Counted from the stretch's first letter, positions 45,857 through 60,293 are shown. The stretch is DNA of 64,000 nucleotides from Eledone cirrhosa (GCA_964016885.1 OZ024742.1:354206001-354270000), one strand, 5' to 3'. Notes: a model not told the origin generated them from the sequence alone. Numbers and translations: made by a program.

Positions 45857-47790
45857 GCTAAGGTAAACAAAGTCATCCCATACCTTGAGGCGAGGAATCT
45901 TCACCAATGCAACAATATCCTCAAAGCAACAGCAAATGCGGTGAGGAAATAACTTGGCATAAATACGTGAGGAAACAACAAACAAAAAAGATCAGAACTT
46001 GGTGGAAGAAACGACTGAATGGTCAAATCAGGGAAATGAGAAATGATATTGGAAAGCTTGAGTCCCTACTGAATGGGACACTAAAAAATATAGACACAAA
46101 AAATAGACTGGAATTAAAGTACAAATCTAGGAGGAAAATGCTAAATATTATCATAGAGGAACTGAAGCAACGCAGTGTAGTAAAGATTAGGCGATACGAA
46201 AGCAGAGTCAGTCAGTATAGACAGAACCGCATGTTTGACAACAACCAGAAGATGTTGTTTGGGGCGCTTGAAGGGAAAGAAAGAGGTAACGACTTGATCC
46301 CTGAGGCGGAACAGACTAAGACATTCTGGAGAGGAATATGGGAGCAGGATGTTAAACATAATGTTCAGGCAGTGTGGATTGAGGCAGTACAAAAGGAGAT
46401 TAGTGAACAGGCACAGCAACAACCTGATTTGAGTATCATAGTTGAAACTCTTAAAGGGCAGGCCAAAAAACTAATCAACTGGAAATCACCAGGCCGAGAT
46501 GGTGTGCAGGGGTATGGGATTAAAATATAACATCCCTTCACCCGAAACTGACAACCTTGTTCAATAACTGCTTGATGTCAGGTGAGGTACCAGAGTGGTT
46601 GACAAAAGGTACCACAGTTCTGGTAATGAAAGACCGAATCAAGGGTAATGATGTTACCAACTATAGACCTATCACATGTCTGTCCGTAATGTGGAAACTG
46701 TTAACAAGCATTGTGTCTGAGGAAATCTACCATCACTTCCACATAAACAACTTGTTACCGGACGAACAGAAATGATGCCGAAAGAAGCCCCGTGGTACAT
46801 AAGACCAGTTACTTACTGATAAGATGGTAATGAGGAATTGCAAGAGGAAACACACTGGTCTTGCCATGGGATGGATAGTCTACAAAGAGGCATTGGACAT
46901 GATACCTCATTCATGGATAACCAAAAGCCTAGAGATCTTCAAGGTGGCAGATAACATCAGACAGTTGTTGAGCAAAAGTATTAAGTCCTGGAAAACAGAA
47001 TTAACATCGGATGGAGAATCCTTGGGAGACCTAAAGATCAAAAGAGGTATCTTCCAGGGAGATCAATTGCCCCATCCGTTGTTTGTTCTTGCCCTGAAAC
47101 CCCTGACCATTATACTGCGAAAAGTGAAAGCAGTATACATGTTGGGAAAAATGAGAGCTTACCATTAATCACCTCATCTTCATGGACGATCTTAAGCTCT
47201 TCGGGAAGAGTGAGAAGGAGTTGGATGTGCTTGTTGAAACTGTCCGTATTTTCAGTAATGATATATGTATGCAATTTGGTATTAGTAAGTGTGGAGTCCT
47301 TGTGATGAAGAGGGGTAAATTGAGCAGAAGCAACGGAATCTTGGTACCAACAGGTGAGATGATAAAGGAAATTGACACTGAATAATGATACAAATATTTA
47401 GGTGTTCTGGAGGCAGATGACACAAAGAACAAAGAAATGAAGGCATTGATAAGATCTGAGTACATTAGGAGAGTAAGGAGCATATTAAAATCACATCTGA
47501 ACAGTAGGAATGGCATAAGTGCAGTGAATTCCCGAGCTGTGTCTATTATTAGATACGGGTGCGGGTATTCTGAGATGGAATGTTGCTGAACAAAAATAAA
47601 TGGATAGGAAGACTAGGAAGCTATTGATTATCTACAACATGTTCCACAAGTAGAGTGATGTCGATAGACTCTACTTAAGGAGAGCTGAATTTGGAAGAGG
47701 TCTTATCAGCATAGAGGACTGTGTTCAGATGGAGAAAAACGACCTATACAAATACGTGACTGACAGTAGGGTGCCTATGCTAAGAATTGG
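45857..47790 (+). mobile_element. R4/Dong-clade LINE, decayed (pre-RT and RT), 3'-truncated
   Basis: [46 protein letters not shown]; starts after (TAA)n. Confidence 0.88.
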
Positions 47791-49884
47791 TAAGGACGCG
47801 TTTAGCTTCCAGTAGCCGAGTCCTCGTCTATGAAGCCTATCTAGGTCAAGCACACAGATCACGAATTTGTGGTCGGTGTAATTGACTATCTTGAATTGTG
47901 GACAGCCTATGCTAGACCTATCTATTTCCCTACAAAATACTCTATGTAGATATGATCTGGATGACCCTATGCGATTTGTCCAAGTCCACATTGGTACATT
48001 CGGGAAATCCAATCGGTACCTGTCAGCCAGTTCAAAACGCATGAGCAGGTTGGTGAGACTCGTGCACCACCTTCCCCTATCCACTAATCCTACACAGTCC
48101 CAGCGTGCATCTAAGATCCCTTTCCAGTCGCCCACTAACACTAAAGAACGGGACGTTCGAAGAAAGGTCTCCAGACGCCGGAAGAAATCAGGCTGCCCTG
48201 CTCCTGTCGGGGCATAGACGGCCACTAACCTGAAAGCTTGCTCGTCTCTGCTGGTCACGTCCAGCACCACCAACTTACCTTCTGGGTCCAGGAAGATGGC
48301 CCTAATGGCAAGATCCAAACCTCTCCGAAAAAGCACAGCAACTCCACCCCCGATCCAGGACGGCTGGGAATGCGTACACATCGTAGCCGCCGAAGATCGG
48401 TACGAAGGCCCGTGCTTCGGAGATTCTGGTCTCGCTGATGGCCACTACATCTATGTTTAGTGACCTGAGGTCGTTGAGCAGGTGGCCCTGCTTCCATGAC
48501 GACCCCAAGCCACGCGCATTTATGCTGCCTATTCTGAGTGAGAGGTGGGTAAGAGAGGTGGCCTCAACCTTTTAGCCTGAGGGCAGAAATCCCTTAGGTG
48601 GGTTCATTCACCACAAACGACACACCTAGGCATTCTGCCCTCGACAATTACGGTGAGGTGGCTGCCGTCAGTGAGGTCAGTTACCTCTGGGATCTCCTCA
48701 ATGCTTTTTTGGTCCGCTTGGATCAGGAGCTCCATCCCAGATCCGGACCAGTTCTCCTGCTTTTCTTTTGCTATTGTTATTATCTTTGTGTTGGCTTCGA
48801 TGCCGGCGAGGACGGCCGCTATTAGCCAGGGAATTTCGATGGCCGGTGGAACGTGGGTCACCCTGATCTTTACGAGTCTCTGGCCACAATAGCTTGGGAC
48901 GAGTGTGAAGTCCTCACTTCTTAATGGGGCCATGCAGTGTTCTCTAGCCTCCTCTGGTGTTTCAAAGAACACGTCCACGGTTCCATACTTCTGCCCACGT
49001 CTGATGTGGGTTTTTCTTGCCCAAAAATTTCCCAAAGCTTTTTGGATTTGGGACTCGGATGCCCGTTCCACTCGGCGCGATTTTACATTAATTGTTCGAT
49101 ACGACACGGTGCATAGGCTCCGATGCTCCATTTTATTAGGTGGACGGGGTGAGGCTGACCCTGTACCCATCTTTCTTTACCATTTTTTTGGCATTTTCTA
49201 ATTCCTCCTGAGTTACCTGAAATGCTTCGAACTGTTTTGCTACTCTGGCAAATTTGAGGGTGGTTTTTTTTTACGTTATTGTTGCTGTTGTTTTAGCGTT
49301 ATTTTTGTTATTATTAATTTTAGTTTCAGTTGTGGTGGTGGTGACGTCAGTTGTGTTCGGTGGGGAAGAGTCCAATTTGCTTGAATTCATTTCGACATCA
49401 CGAGTTAATTTATTTTCTTTTTCTTTTGTTTCTGATGTCGCGGTGGTGGTGGGGGTGGTGGTTGTCGCGGTGGTGGTGGTGGTGGCGGCTTTAACACCTG
49501 CAGTCATTGGTAATGGCGGCAAATGAATGTGTGCCTGAGACAAATTTAAAATATTGCTACTGCTTAAATTGTTTGTGTTGGCAAACGTAGTAATATTTAC
49601 AATGGTGGTGTCGGTGTGAAGTGTTAGTTTATGAGGAAGGCTGTCAGCTTCGTGTGGCTGTGAGACTTCCATGTTTTTTTTCAAAGAATTTTTTTTTGAT
49701 AATTACAAATGTTAAAATTTTGGGCACAAGGCCCCAATCTTTTTGGGTGCCGTCTTCGGAAAACAATGTATGTGCGCTTATATACAGTTAACAATAACAT
49801 TTTCCATAAATGGCAATTTTCAACAAACGGAAATAACAAACATTTGCGGAGCTCACGATGATACGATTTACTACTTAGGTCGCC
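47791..49884 (-). mobile_element. L1/Tx1-clade LINE copy A (5' part: ORF1 and APE endonuclease), internally deleted
   Basis: RIGSINARGL, VAISET, LVAVYAP, LVGDW, TDH, GYWKLN; ORF1 is homologous to 55334-56065. Confidence 0.88.
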
Positions 49885-49917
<33 letters not shown>

Positions 49918-51325
49918 TTACCAACTATAGACCTATCACATGTCTGTCCGTAATGTGGAAACTGTTGACAAGCATTATGTCTGAGGAAATCTACCATCAC
50001 CTCCACACAAACAACTTGTTACCGGACGAAGAGAAAGGATGCCGAAAGAAGTCATGTGGTACAAAAGACCAGTTACTTATTGATAAGATGGTAATGAGGA
50101 ATTGCAACAGGAGACACACTGGTCTTGCCATGGGATGGATAGACTACAAAAAGGCATTTGACATGGTGCCTCATTCTTGGATCACCAAAAGCCTGGAGAT
50201 CTTCAAGGTGGCAGATAACATCAGACAATTGTTGGGCAAAAAGAAATGGATAGGAAGACTAGGAAGCTATTGACTATCTACAACATGTTCAACAAGAGGA
50301 GTGATGTCGATAGACTCTACTTAAGGAGATCTGAGGGTGAAAGAGGTCTTATCAGCATAGAGGAATGTGTTCAGATGCAGAAAAACAACTGATAGTAAGG
50401 AGCCAATGTTCAGAACTGCACTGAAGGAGGGGACAATAGACCAGGGCATGTCCAAGGAGGAAATAACATCAAGGAGAAAGAGCAGCCTTCAGTAAAAATC
50501 CCTTCATAGTACCTTCTTTGAGAAAACTGTAATTTGAGATCCACAGACATGGAACTGGTTGAAAAGAGGATACCTTTAATAGGCTACAGGAGGAAAGCTA
50601 ATGGCTGCGCAAGAGCAGGCCCTCAAAACGAAGTGGGTGTAGTACCATATTTACAAGGAGGACGCTAGCCACTGTGTAGGATCTGTGGAAAGAAGAGAGG
50701 AGACTGTGGCTCACATTGTATCCAAGCGTAAACACCTAGACAAGACTCATTATAAAGGCTGGAGACATTATGTGATGGGCAGAGTGATCCAATGGCACCT
50801 ATGCAAAGTAAACAATTTACCACATTCTGAGAAGTGGTATGAGCCTAAGCCAGAGTCGGTGATAGAAAAAGATCAGGTGAAGGTGTGGTGGGATTTCGGG
50901 ATACAGACGGACAAGGAATTGGAAAACAATAGACCCGACCTGGTGGTTTTGGACAAGGAAAAAAGATCGTGCCTGATTTTGGATGTAGCCTGCCCATTCG
51001 ACACGATAGTGCAAGAGAAGGAAAGGGAGAAAATTAACCGATACCAGGACTTAAAGTGGGAGGTAAAAAGGATTTGGAACTGCCATGAAGTCAAAGTGGT
51101 GCCGATTGTCATAGGCGCAATATGTACTATCTCAAAGAGTTTCCAAGGATGGTTAAAGAAAATTAGTCCAGCCCCGCTTTTTGGAACACTTCAAAAGGCA
51201 TGCTTGCTAGAAACAGCAAGAACCCTCCGATATGTCCTTAATATCTGAGGCTGCAGGTAGTGGCTTGATATTCATTTCAACAAACTTTTCAGTTAAATAA
51301 CATCAAAGACTGAGACTCAAAGAAC
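49918..51325 (+). mobile_element. R4/Dong-clade LINE copy (RT part, internal deletion, CCHC, restriction-like endonuclease), (TAA)n at both ends
   Basis: [11 protein letters not shown]; CRIC..EETVAHIVS; RPDLVVLDK...ILDVACPFD..EK..RY.DL. Confidence 0.9.
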
Positions 51326-51339
51326 AATAATAATAATAC

Positions 51340-54300
51340 TTTATTTATTAACCACAAGGATATACATAATGTAGATATTAAGAAGAGTACATGACAATAT
51401 AGGACGGTACAAATGGGCATTTCTGCGTGTAAAAAACAAAAACAGAGGATGTAACCAAAAAATAACAATGAAAAATTCCCCAATAGGGGGGAGACTTCCG
51501 AGGGACATTTGTGGAGAAAGCCCATTAAAAAGACTCAGTTACCCTGACCACCAGGACAAGTGCCCTCTCCCAGTTTTCCACCTTTAATTTACAGACACAT
51601 ACTCAGAGTAGTCCCATTCACACGGGCCATTCTTGCTTCTCTCACCCATATTTCAACAAAACGATGGGAAGAGAGCAGTTCACTCTCTACCCTGATTTTC
51701 CTTTTCAAATGAAAGTTGAAAAAGTCAATCAGGGCATCACCGAAGATGTAAGTGCACGTCTTCAGCCCTTTCAAACGTGTCCACCATATTATCTCTTTCG
51801 CCATGGCCACCAGGCAGATAAAAACTGCCTGCCCTTCCCGGCTAAAGGAATAGAGCTGGGCAATCCTCTTCAATGGACTCAGCTGATAGGTGGATCCGTC
51901 GTACACGTGACAGCAGGTGTTCGACATAAACCCACAAGTCAGCAATGCTCGGACACTGGACAAGTTCGTGCAGGATGGTTTCGTCGCTCTGCGCGAGTCA
52001 CGGACATGCCCGACCGACGGCACCTCCATGCCTGTAGAGTTTATCCCGAACTGGCAAAGCTCCTCCGTAGCACTGCCAGGCCAGGGATTTCTGGAAGTTG
52101 TCCATAGGCCCGGGCCCGACAGTTCTTCCGAAATGATTGGCTAGTTGATTTTCGTCGACGCCTACAATTTCTCCAAGTACGTCGTCGCTCTTCTCCTCCA
52201 CTAATCCTCTATAGAACGCCAAGGTGGAGTTTCCACCGATCACATTGCCCGATTGGTCGAGGGCTGTGAGCGCCTGAAAACTTCCAGTCTCCAAGCGCTT
52301 TCTCTCGGTCTTCGCTTGACCCAGGACTGCAGCTCCGTCAAGGAGACGAGCTGGGGAAAGACGTGTCTAGCAAACGGCGACCACACCTGATCACCGTCGA
52401 GGAAGAGGTTGAGATGTCGTAGCCTGAGCGCATGTCTGCGCATCATCATCCACGGCATGCCCAGCCCTCCAGGTAGGGGTGTTGAAGCAGATGGACCGCC
52501 TGACCATCGGAGCGCGTCCCTTCCACAAAAAGCGAAAGAGCAAACGCTCCAGCGCAGTCAGGCGGGGCTTAGGTCAAGGTACGACGGTCAGGCGGTAGCA
52601 GATGATAGACGCGATGTACGCGTTAGCCACCTCCGCTCGACCTTTCAGGGATAGCTTCCTCTCCTCCCATTTCTGGGTGAGAGAAGCCACTCTGCTCGTC
52701 ACCTCGTCCCAGTCTTTGTCCGTCTGGAGGTCCGGACCGAACCAGACCCCTAGCAATTTAACCAGTCCGTCCGTCCAACGTCCGACGACGCTGTTGGATG
52801 GCATGGACCTGCCTCTCCAGGTGCCGAGTTGCTGGCCCACTGACTATTCCTGGTTGATCATTGCTCCTGTCACCGCATCGTATTCCCTGAGTGTAGTGCC
52901 GATCGCCTCGATGTGTTTGGCGTTCGACACCACTACGGTGACATAGTCCGCATATGCTGACACGGATCTTCCGCATCCTAGTTCGCGCGGGACGCCCCTC
53001 AACGTCTCCAGTTTGTGCAGTAATGGCTCGAATGTCAATACGTACAAGAGGGACGAGAGGGGACATCCTTGGCGGACCGAGCGCATGATGTTGAACGGTT
53101 CCGAAAGGTGACCGTTCACTCTCACCAGAGCAGATGTCGCTGTGCATGGCAGCGATCCAGCCTCTGAAGCGGGCCCAAAGCCAGCCGCCCTCAGGACTGC
53201 CGCTAGGTAACGATGGTCGACCCTATCGAAAGCTTTCGACTGATCTAAATTTATTAAAGACCCAACCGTGCCAGGTTCCCTAGCTACCCTCTCATCGATG
53301 TATCGTATGAGGTGGAGGTTGTCGTGGATGGATCTGTCGGGAATGGCGCATGTCTGCTCCTCTCCCACCAGACCACCAACGACAAGCGCCAACCTCTTTG
53401 CTAGCACCTTGGCCAAAATCTTGAACTCTGTGTTTAGCAGCGTTATGGGGCTAAAATTATCTATGTTATCCCCCTTGTTCGGATCCTTTCTCCGCAGTGC
53501 CACAGCTCCTCGGCTCACAGAGCTGGGAATTCTCCCGTTCTGTTGCCTGTTGCAGTAGACGTCCGCCAAGAGGCCTCGGAACCAGCCTGTCATCTGTACG
53601 TAAAGTTCATAGGGCAGACTACCAAACCAGGCGATTTATCCCTTGTGGAGCCAGTACTGGACTCCCGTACTTCAGCGGCTGTTATCGGCTTTGCGAGGGC
53701 CGCGGAAGAACCGTCGAGGTAGACAATAAAGTCCATCCCTCGATCCGGCCCACCGCTGCCCACGAACAGCTTAGCGAAGTGTCGCTGAAAAGCTTCACAC
53801 ATTTTCCCAGTATCGAGTAGCATGCGCCCGTCGTGGTCCACCTAAGACCGGATCGTGGCTTTGTTGCCACGACGCACCTCTGCCACTCAAGCCCATTGAA
53901 CGGCTTTCGTCCCCTCGTATCTGAGAGCACGCACCCTAGCTCTGAAAACGCAGCCTTCGTGCTTTGCATTGAAGAATTGGCCAAGGGCCAATTTCGCCGC
54001 AAGCATGTCGGTCGCGATGCCTTTGCTAAGCGCCTCGTCTAATTTTCTAACTAGGTCTCCCTCTCCTCTATTTTTTCTCTATTGCTAAAGCTTTACTAAA
54101 CCTAATGGATTCTATTCTAATCTCTCTTTTCAGAGCAAACCACCACTTGCTGTTGACGCCTGAGCAGGTTGGTGAGGCTCTCGCACCCTCCAACCCTATC
54201 GTCTAATCCCACACAGTCCCAGCGTGCATCTAAGATCCCGTTCCAGTCGCCCACTAACACTAAAGAGCGGGACGTTCCAAGAAAGGTCTCCAGACGCCGG

Positions 54301-57006
54301 AAGAAATCAGGCCGCCCTGCTCCTGTCGGGGCATAGATGGCCACTAGCCTGAAAGCTTGCCCGTCTCCGCTGGTCACGTCCAGCACCACCAACTTACTCT
54401 CTGGGTCCAGGAAGATGGCCCGTATGGCGAGTTCCAAACCACTCCGAAAAAGCATTGCAACTCCTCCCCCCGATCCAGGACGGCTGGGAGATGTGTACAC
54501 ATAGTAGCCGCCGAAGATCGGTGATCAGATGGCCCGTGCTTCGGAGATTCTGGTCTCGCTGATGGCCACTACATCTATGTTTAGTGACCTGAGGTCGTTG
54601 AGCAGTTGGCCCTGCTTCCATGACGACCCCAAGCCACGCGCATTTATGCTGCCTATTCTGAGTGAGGACATCTTTAAAATATAGTGGAAAAGATGGGAAA
54701 GACCACTACCGTACTTTTCGTAGAGGAAGGATGGTTTTTCCATCCCTTTTCACTTGATCGTCCCTTCGGCTGATCGTCGGCTCTTCTATGAGTATGTCCG
54801 AATATACTCTCCGGTTCAGAGTCCCTCCTAGGTCTCTGAAATCACCAAGTGCGTTGGGGAATTTCATTTTAATGTTTGTGTATTGTTTTTGTGCTATTTT
54901 TAACAGTCTTACGTTAGTTGGCGTTTTGAATGGTGCTGGTATTATGTAGTCGTGCTGTGAAATGTCTGTGTGTTCAATTATGTAAGTCATTAGTTTCTTG
55001 TTGTGTGTATTTATTGCTGTGCATTTGTTTTTCTGGGGGTGGGGTGTGGTTCTGCTATTTGCATGTCGTTGTTGCTGGGTGTGTGTGTTTTCTTATTGTG
55101 TTTGCGATGTTGGTGCTTGTGGTGGTGGTGTTGAAGGTGTTGTTGTTGTTGGCGGTGGGGTTGTCGCCGGTGGTGATGGTGGTGCTAGTGTGGGTGGTGA
55201 TTGTGTTGCTGTTGTGAGTATCTTTGCAGTAGCCTTTACCCTTTTTTCATTTCTGTCCTCCCTTTTCGAAGGCGACGATGCGCTCTTTCTGCGTTTGTGC
55301 CTTCTTACGACCTTTTGCCATCCCTCTCCCACCTCACACTCCATGTCTGATTCTGTGACGTCGGGGGGGGGGGGGTACCAGCTCCACTCTTTCACTTGTT
55401 GTTGTTGGTGATGTTTGCACTGGTGTCTCTGTTGCAGCTGCATTTGATATTGCTGTTGTTGTTTTTAATACTTCCACTGCTGCTGCTGTTTTTGATTTCC
55501 GTGACGAGGGTATTGGTGCCACGGACCTATCATTCCTGGTTGCCGCCTGCCCTGTTGCTGATAGCCGTGGAGCCGGTTTTGGAAGGAGTTGGGTTTTCTC
55601 CTTTCTCGGGGTCTTCTCGTTGCAGAAGGCCCTGAGGTGAGTCTTCGATCCACAGCGAAAGCATTTCGGGCGTTTGCCCTCAACACTTATGGGCAGTTGA
55701 GTGCCGTTATCGATGTCTATCACATCCGGGATAGCTTCGATGCACTCCTGGTTGGTTTGGATTAACATCTCAATGGAGGTGCCGAACCAATCTTCTCTTA
55801 CTTTTTTCTGTACTTGCAGTACAGTTATTTTGTCCTCGATTCCGACGAGGACAGACGCGGACAGCCAAGAAGGGGCCATCCCGGGGGGGACGTGGGTTAG
55901 TTTGACCCTCACAAATTTTTGCCCGTAGTAGGAGGGCACCAACACCATTTCCTCGCTCCTTAGGGTCACTAAGGATTGAGCCTTTGCCTCCTGGGGTGTG
56001 GCAAAAAGCACGTCTACGGTGGCATATTTCTTGCCTCGGGTGATGTGCGTTTTCCGCTGCCACACAGACCCTAAGTCTTTTTTGATTTGAGCCTCTGTGG
56101 CTGTTTCAACCCTACGGGATTTTGTGCTTACTGTACGGTACGTGACCCTACAGTGCTGTTGGGTTTCGAAAAATGTTTCGGCTGCCTTGCAGATTGCTCG
56201 GTGTCAGGTTTTTGTCACCATCTTCTTCGCTTCCTCTAACTCCTCATTTGTTATGAGGATGGTTTCCAGGTTCTTTGCGATACGTACAAACGAGATTGAT
56301 TTTTCTTTGCTGCTGTTGTTATTGTCGTTGTTGTCGTCAGAGCTGCTGTTACTTTTGTTGTTGCTGTAGGTAGTACGACTACTGCCGCCGCCGCTGTTGC
56401 TGTGGCTGTTGCTGTTGCTGCTGCTGCTTTTGTTGTTGCCGCTAATGCTGTTGTTCTTTATGCTGCTGCTGTTGTTTTCCTTGTCACTGTTGCTGCTACT
56501 GCTGTTATTACGGCTGCTACTGCTATTATTCCTGACGTCAGACGAATGAAATGGGTTTTCGTTTTTCCCGCACACCTTTTTCGTTGTTGTCGTCGTCGTC
56601 GTGGAGAAATCTTTCACGCTTTGCACGTGATTTTTCTTTTCTGGTGTCGCTTGCGAAAGAGAAGGGAAGGAGAGAGACACATTTAGAGAAGGGAGGGAGA
56701 GAGACAATCTTCTCTCTGCTGTAGTGAAGATTGAGGAAGAAGAAGACGGAATGAGTGGGAGTGACCTATGAAAATTATTTTTCGTATCAATGTTTTTTGT
56801 TTTTTTTTAAAATAAATATTGGGCACACAACCCAAATAAGCGGTTATTTAACAACGAAGGGCCAAATAACGGGTAGAAAGACCCCTCTCACGAGGAGGAG
56901 GGTGTTTTTGTCTACAATTTGGTTAAAGTTTTAAACAATTTACAATTGTTATAGCGGTCAAAATGTACAATACCTTACAGAGCCGAGCCTCCGTCAACCA
57001 TAGCAT
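51340..57006 (-). mobile_element. L1/Tx1-clade LINE copy B, near full length, frameshifted
   Basis: ORF1 ~56707-54706 with CFRCGSKTHLRAFC knuckle; ORF2 ~54670-51589 with APE, KSPG, PITLLNTEFKILAK, DQSKAFDRVDH, VRQGCPLS, AYADYV, LLGVWF; AATAAA-rich 3' end. Confidence 0.92.
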
Positions 57007-57030
57007 TCAATAATAATAATAATAATAATG

Positions 57031-57067
<37 letters not shown>

Positions 57068-57069
<2 letters not shown>

Positions 57070-57197
57070 CATGCTTGCTTGGAACAGCAAGAACCCTCCG
57101 ATACGTCCTGAATATCTGAGGCTGCAGGTAGTGGCTTGATATTCAATCCAACGGACTTTCCAGTTAACCAACATCAATGACTGAGATTCAAGGAATA
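57068..57197 (+). mobile_element. R4/Dong 3'-end stub between (TAA)n tracts
   Basis: Matches 51198-51325. Confidence 0.85.
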
Positions 57198-57199
57198 AC

Positions 57200-57236
<37 letters not shown>

Positions 57237-57239
<3 letters not shown>

Positions 57240-58497
57240 GAAAAAATTGATAAGATCAGAGAGCATTAGGATAGTAAGGAGTGTATTAATATCACATCTA
57301 AATAGTAGGAATGTCATAAGTGCAGTGAATTTCTGAGCTGTGTCTATTATCAGGTACAGTGCGGGAATTCTGAAAAGGAATGCTGCTGAACTAAAAGAAA
57401 TAGATAGGAAGACTAGGAAACTATTGACTCTCTACAACATGTACCACAAGAGGAGTGATGACGACAGACTGTACTTAAAGAGATCTGAAGGTGGAAGAGG
57501 TCTTATCAGCATAGAGGACCGTGTTCAGATGGAGAAATACAACCTGTACAAATACGTGACTGACAGTAGGGAGCCAATGCTCAGAACTGTACTGAACGAG
57601 AGGACAATAGACAAGGGGTTTCCAAGGAGGAAATAACAGCGAGGAGAAAGAGTAGCCTTCAGGAAAAATCCCTTCATAGTACCTTCTTTGAGAGAACTTT
57701 GTTTAGAGATCCACAGACATGGAACTGGTTAAAAAGAGGAGACCTTAAAAAAGGCTATAAAAGGAAAGCTAGTGGCTGCGCAAGAGCAGGCCCTCAGGAC
57801 GAAGTGGGTGAAACACCTATTTGCAAAGAGGAGGCTAGCCCACTGTGTAGGATCTGTGGAGAGAGAGAGAGGAGACAGTAGCTCACATTGTATCCGAGTG
57901 TAAACACCTAGCCCAGACTCACTATAAAGGCTGGAGACATGATGTCACGGGCTTGGTGATCCACTGGCACCTATGCAAAGTAATCAATTAACCACATGCT
58001 GAGAAGTGGTATGAATATAAGCCAGAGTCGGTGATAGAAAACGATCAGGTGATGGTGCTATGGGATTTTAGGATACAGACGGACAAGAAACTGGAACACA
58101 ATAGGCCTGACCTGGTGGGTTTGGACAAGGATAAAAGATAGTGCCTGACTGTAGATGGAGCCTGTCCATTTAACACGACAATGCAAGAAACGGAGAGGGA
58201 GAAAATTAACCGATACCAGGACTTAAAGTGGGAGGTAAAAAGGATTTGGAACTGCCATGAAGTCAAAGTGGTCCCAATTGACATAGGCGCACTAGGTACT
58301 CTCTCAAAGTGTTTCCAATGAAGGTTAAAGAAAATTAGTCCAGCCCCGCTTTTTGGAACACTTCAAAAGGCATGCTTGCTGGGAACAGCAAGAACCCTCC
58401 GATACGTCGTGAATATCTGAGGCTGCAGGTAGCGGCTTGATATTCATTTCAATAAACTTTTCAATTAAATAACATCAATGACTGAGACTCAAAGAAT
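57237..58497 (+). mobile_element. R4/Dong-clade LINE 3' half (post-RT, CCHC, RLE) ending in (TAA)n
   Basis: [33 protein letters not shown]; alignable to 50242-51325. Confidence 0.9.
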
Positions 58498-58520
58498 AAT
58501 AATAATAATTATCATTATTA

Positions 58521-58650
58521 TTGTTTCTACATTTGCCACAAACCCAACAATTAATCCAGTGCATCACTGGTACTTTATTTTATCGACCCCGTAAGGATGA
58601 AAGGCAAAGTTAACCTCGGGGGGATTTGAACTGAGACCATAAAGGGCCTG
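58521..58650 (-). mobile_element. SINE
   Basis: Reverse complement of 6715-6845. Confidence 0.85.
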
Positions 58651-58682
58651 TAATAAAAACAACGATATATTATGTTCATTAC

Positions 58683-58790
58683 AAATCCCGCCGAGGTTGA
58701 CTTTGCCTTTCATCCTTACGGGGTCGATAAAATAAAGTACCAGTAATGCACTGGGTAATTGCTGGCCTTGTGCCTAAAGTAGAAACAATT
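58683..58790 (+). mobile_element. 5'-truncated SINE
   Basis: Near-identical to 6734-6843. Confidence 0.85.
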
Positions 58791-59246
58791 ATGTTCATTA
58801 CGTTTATAGAGCAGTGACGCGCGTTTCACTACTGATCACCTGACGTCAACATAAGTATCGATGTGTATCAATCTAGCCCGACTCTGGAATCAAAATCTCC
58901 TCACACCTATACATTTTTAGGTATATTAGATATCGTTTTCATTTTCCCTAGTTCTGGATACGATTGTGGCTGAAACAACAAGATGTTAACTTCAGTAGGT
59001 CGATCGTAGATTTCTCCTTTGATATTACCCTAATTAGTAATCCATGAAGTAGATAGAATAGGTAAAAATAAGATTAACTCTGATTAGCAGCAGAGTAGGG
59101 CTTATATCTAGCATTTTCGTATGTTTCATCGCCTTGTTTTCGTCTTGAAATATCTATTCTCAATTATCAATTGTGAAAAATGGAATTTAAATATTTAAAT
59201 ATAGAGGAATATATTACAACGCTACTGGCGACTTGGAAATCAAATA

Positions 59247-59315
<69 letters not shown>

Positions 59316-59642
59316 TGGTGGAACACGGGAAGGTAATATCCGTAGTGGTTGAGCACTCAGTCCAAGGGACGAGTTAGGTAGAAGTGGTTACACAACAGTT
59401 AGTTCACCATACCGAGATCAGTTGTTTTCTTCCCCACTGAAGTTGATGAGACGCAAAATTGTGTAGGACACGAGGATATATAGGGCGCTCTCAGGGTACA
59501 GTTAACACGACAGTGCAAGAAATTGGTCTCGGTATAGTGAACTAACTGTGGTGTAACCACTTCTCTCTCTCTCTATATATATATATATATTTATTAAAAT
59601 AACAGATTGGACTTTAGTCTTCAATTTATTATTATTACTATT

Positions 59643-59725
<83 letters not shown>

Positions 59726-59730
<5 letters not shown>

Positions 59731-60091
59731 TAAAATAACAGATTACAGTTTAAGCAAAGAATCGCTGCTTTCACCCTTAACGGGATCTTCTGAAACTAAC
59801 AAAGTCAATCTGTAAACGCAGAAGTGGATATTTCAAAAAATGTTGCATGTTTTTGCGTGTAATTGTTTTTCACCGTTCCAAATAATGACGTATTATCTTC
59901 GTTTTTTCCCGTTCTTTGCCAGGGAACGTTTCCAAGAACCAAAGTATCGTCTTCCTGTCTTCCTCCGACTGCAACGTTTTTTGAAATATCCAGTTCTGCG
60001 TTTACAGATTGACTTCGTTAGTTTCAGAAGATCCTGTTAAGGATGAAAGCAGCGATTCTTTGCTTAAACTTTAATCAGTTATTTTAATAAA
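59726..60091. mobile_element. Fold-back with a hammerhead-like motif in both arms (59747-59797 minus, 60020-60070 plus)
   Basis: AGTTT-CAGAAGA-TCCC..GGGT-GAAA-GCA..TGC-TT-AAACT. Confidence 0.6.
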
Positions 60092-60179
60092 TATTTGCTC
60101 TACGGTTCTTATTTATTTGATGTATATTTATCCTTATCGAGCCCTCTTTTGATTTTAGTCTTCACATTTATTATTATTA

Positions 60180-60293
<114 letters not shown>

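Noticed and set aside
47882-56686. Plus-strand ORFs over the Tx1 copies
   Set aside because: Antisense shadows of LINE coding sequence.
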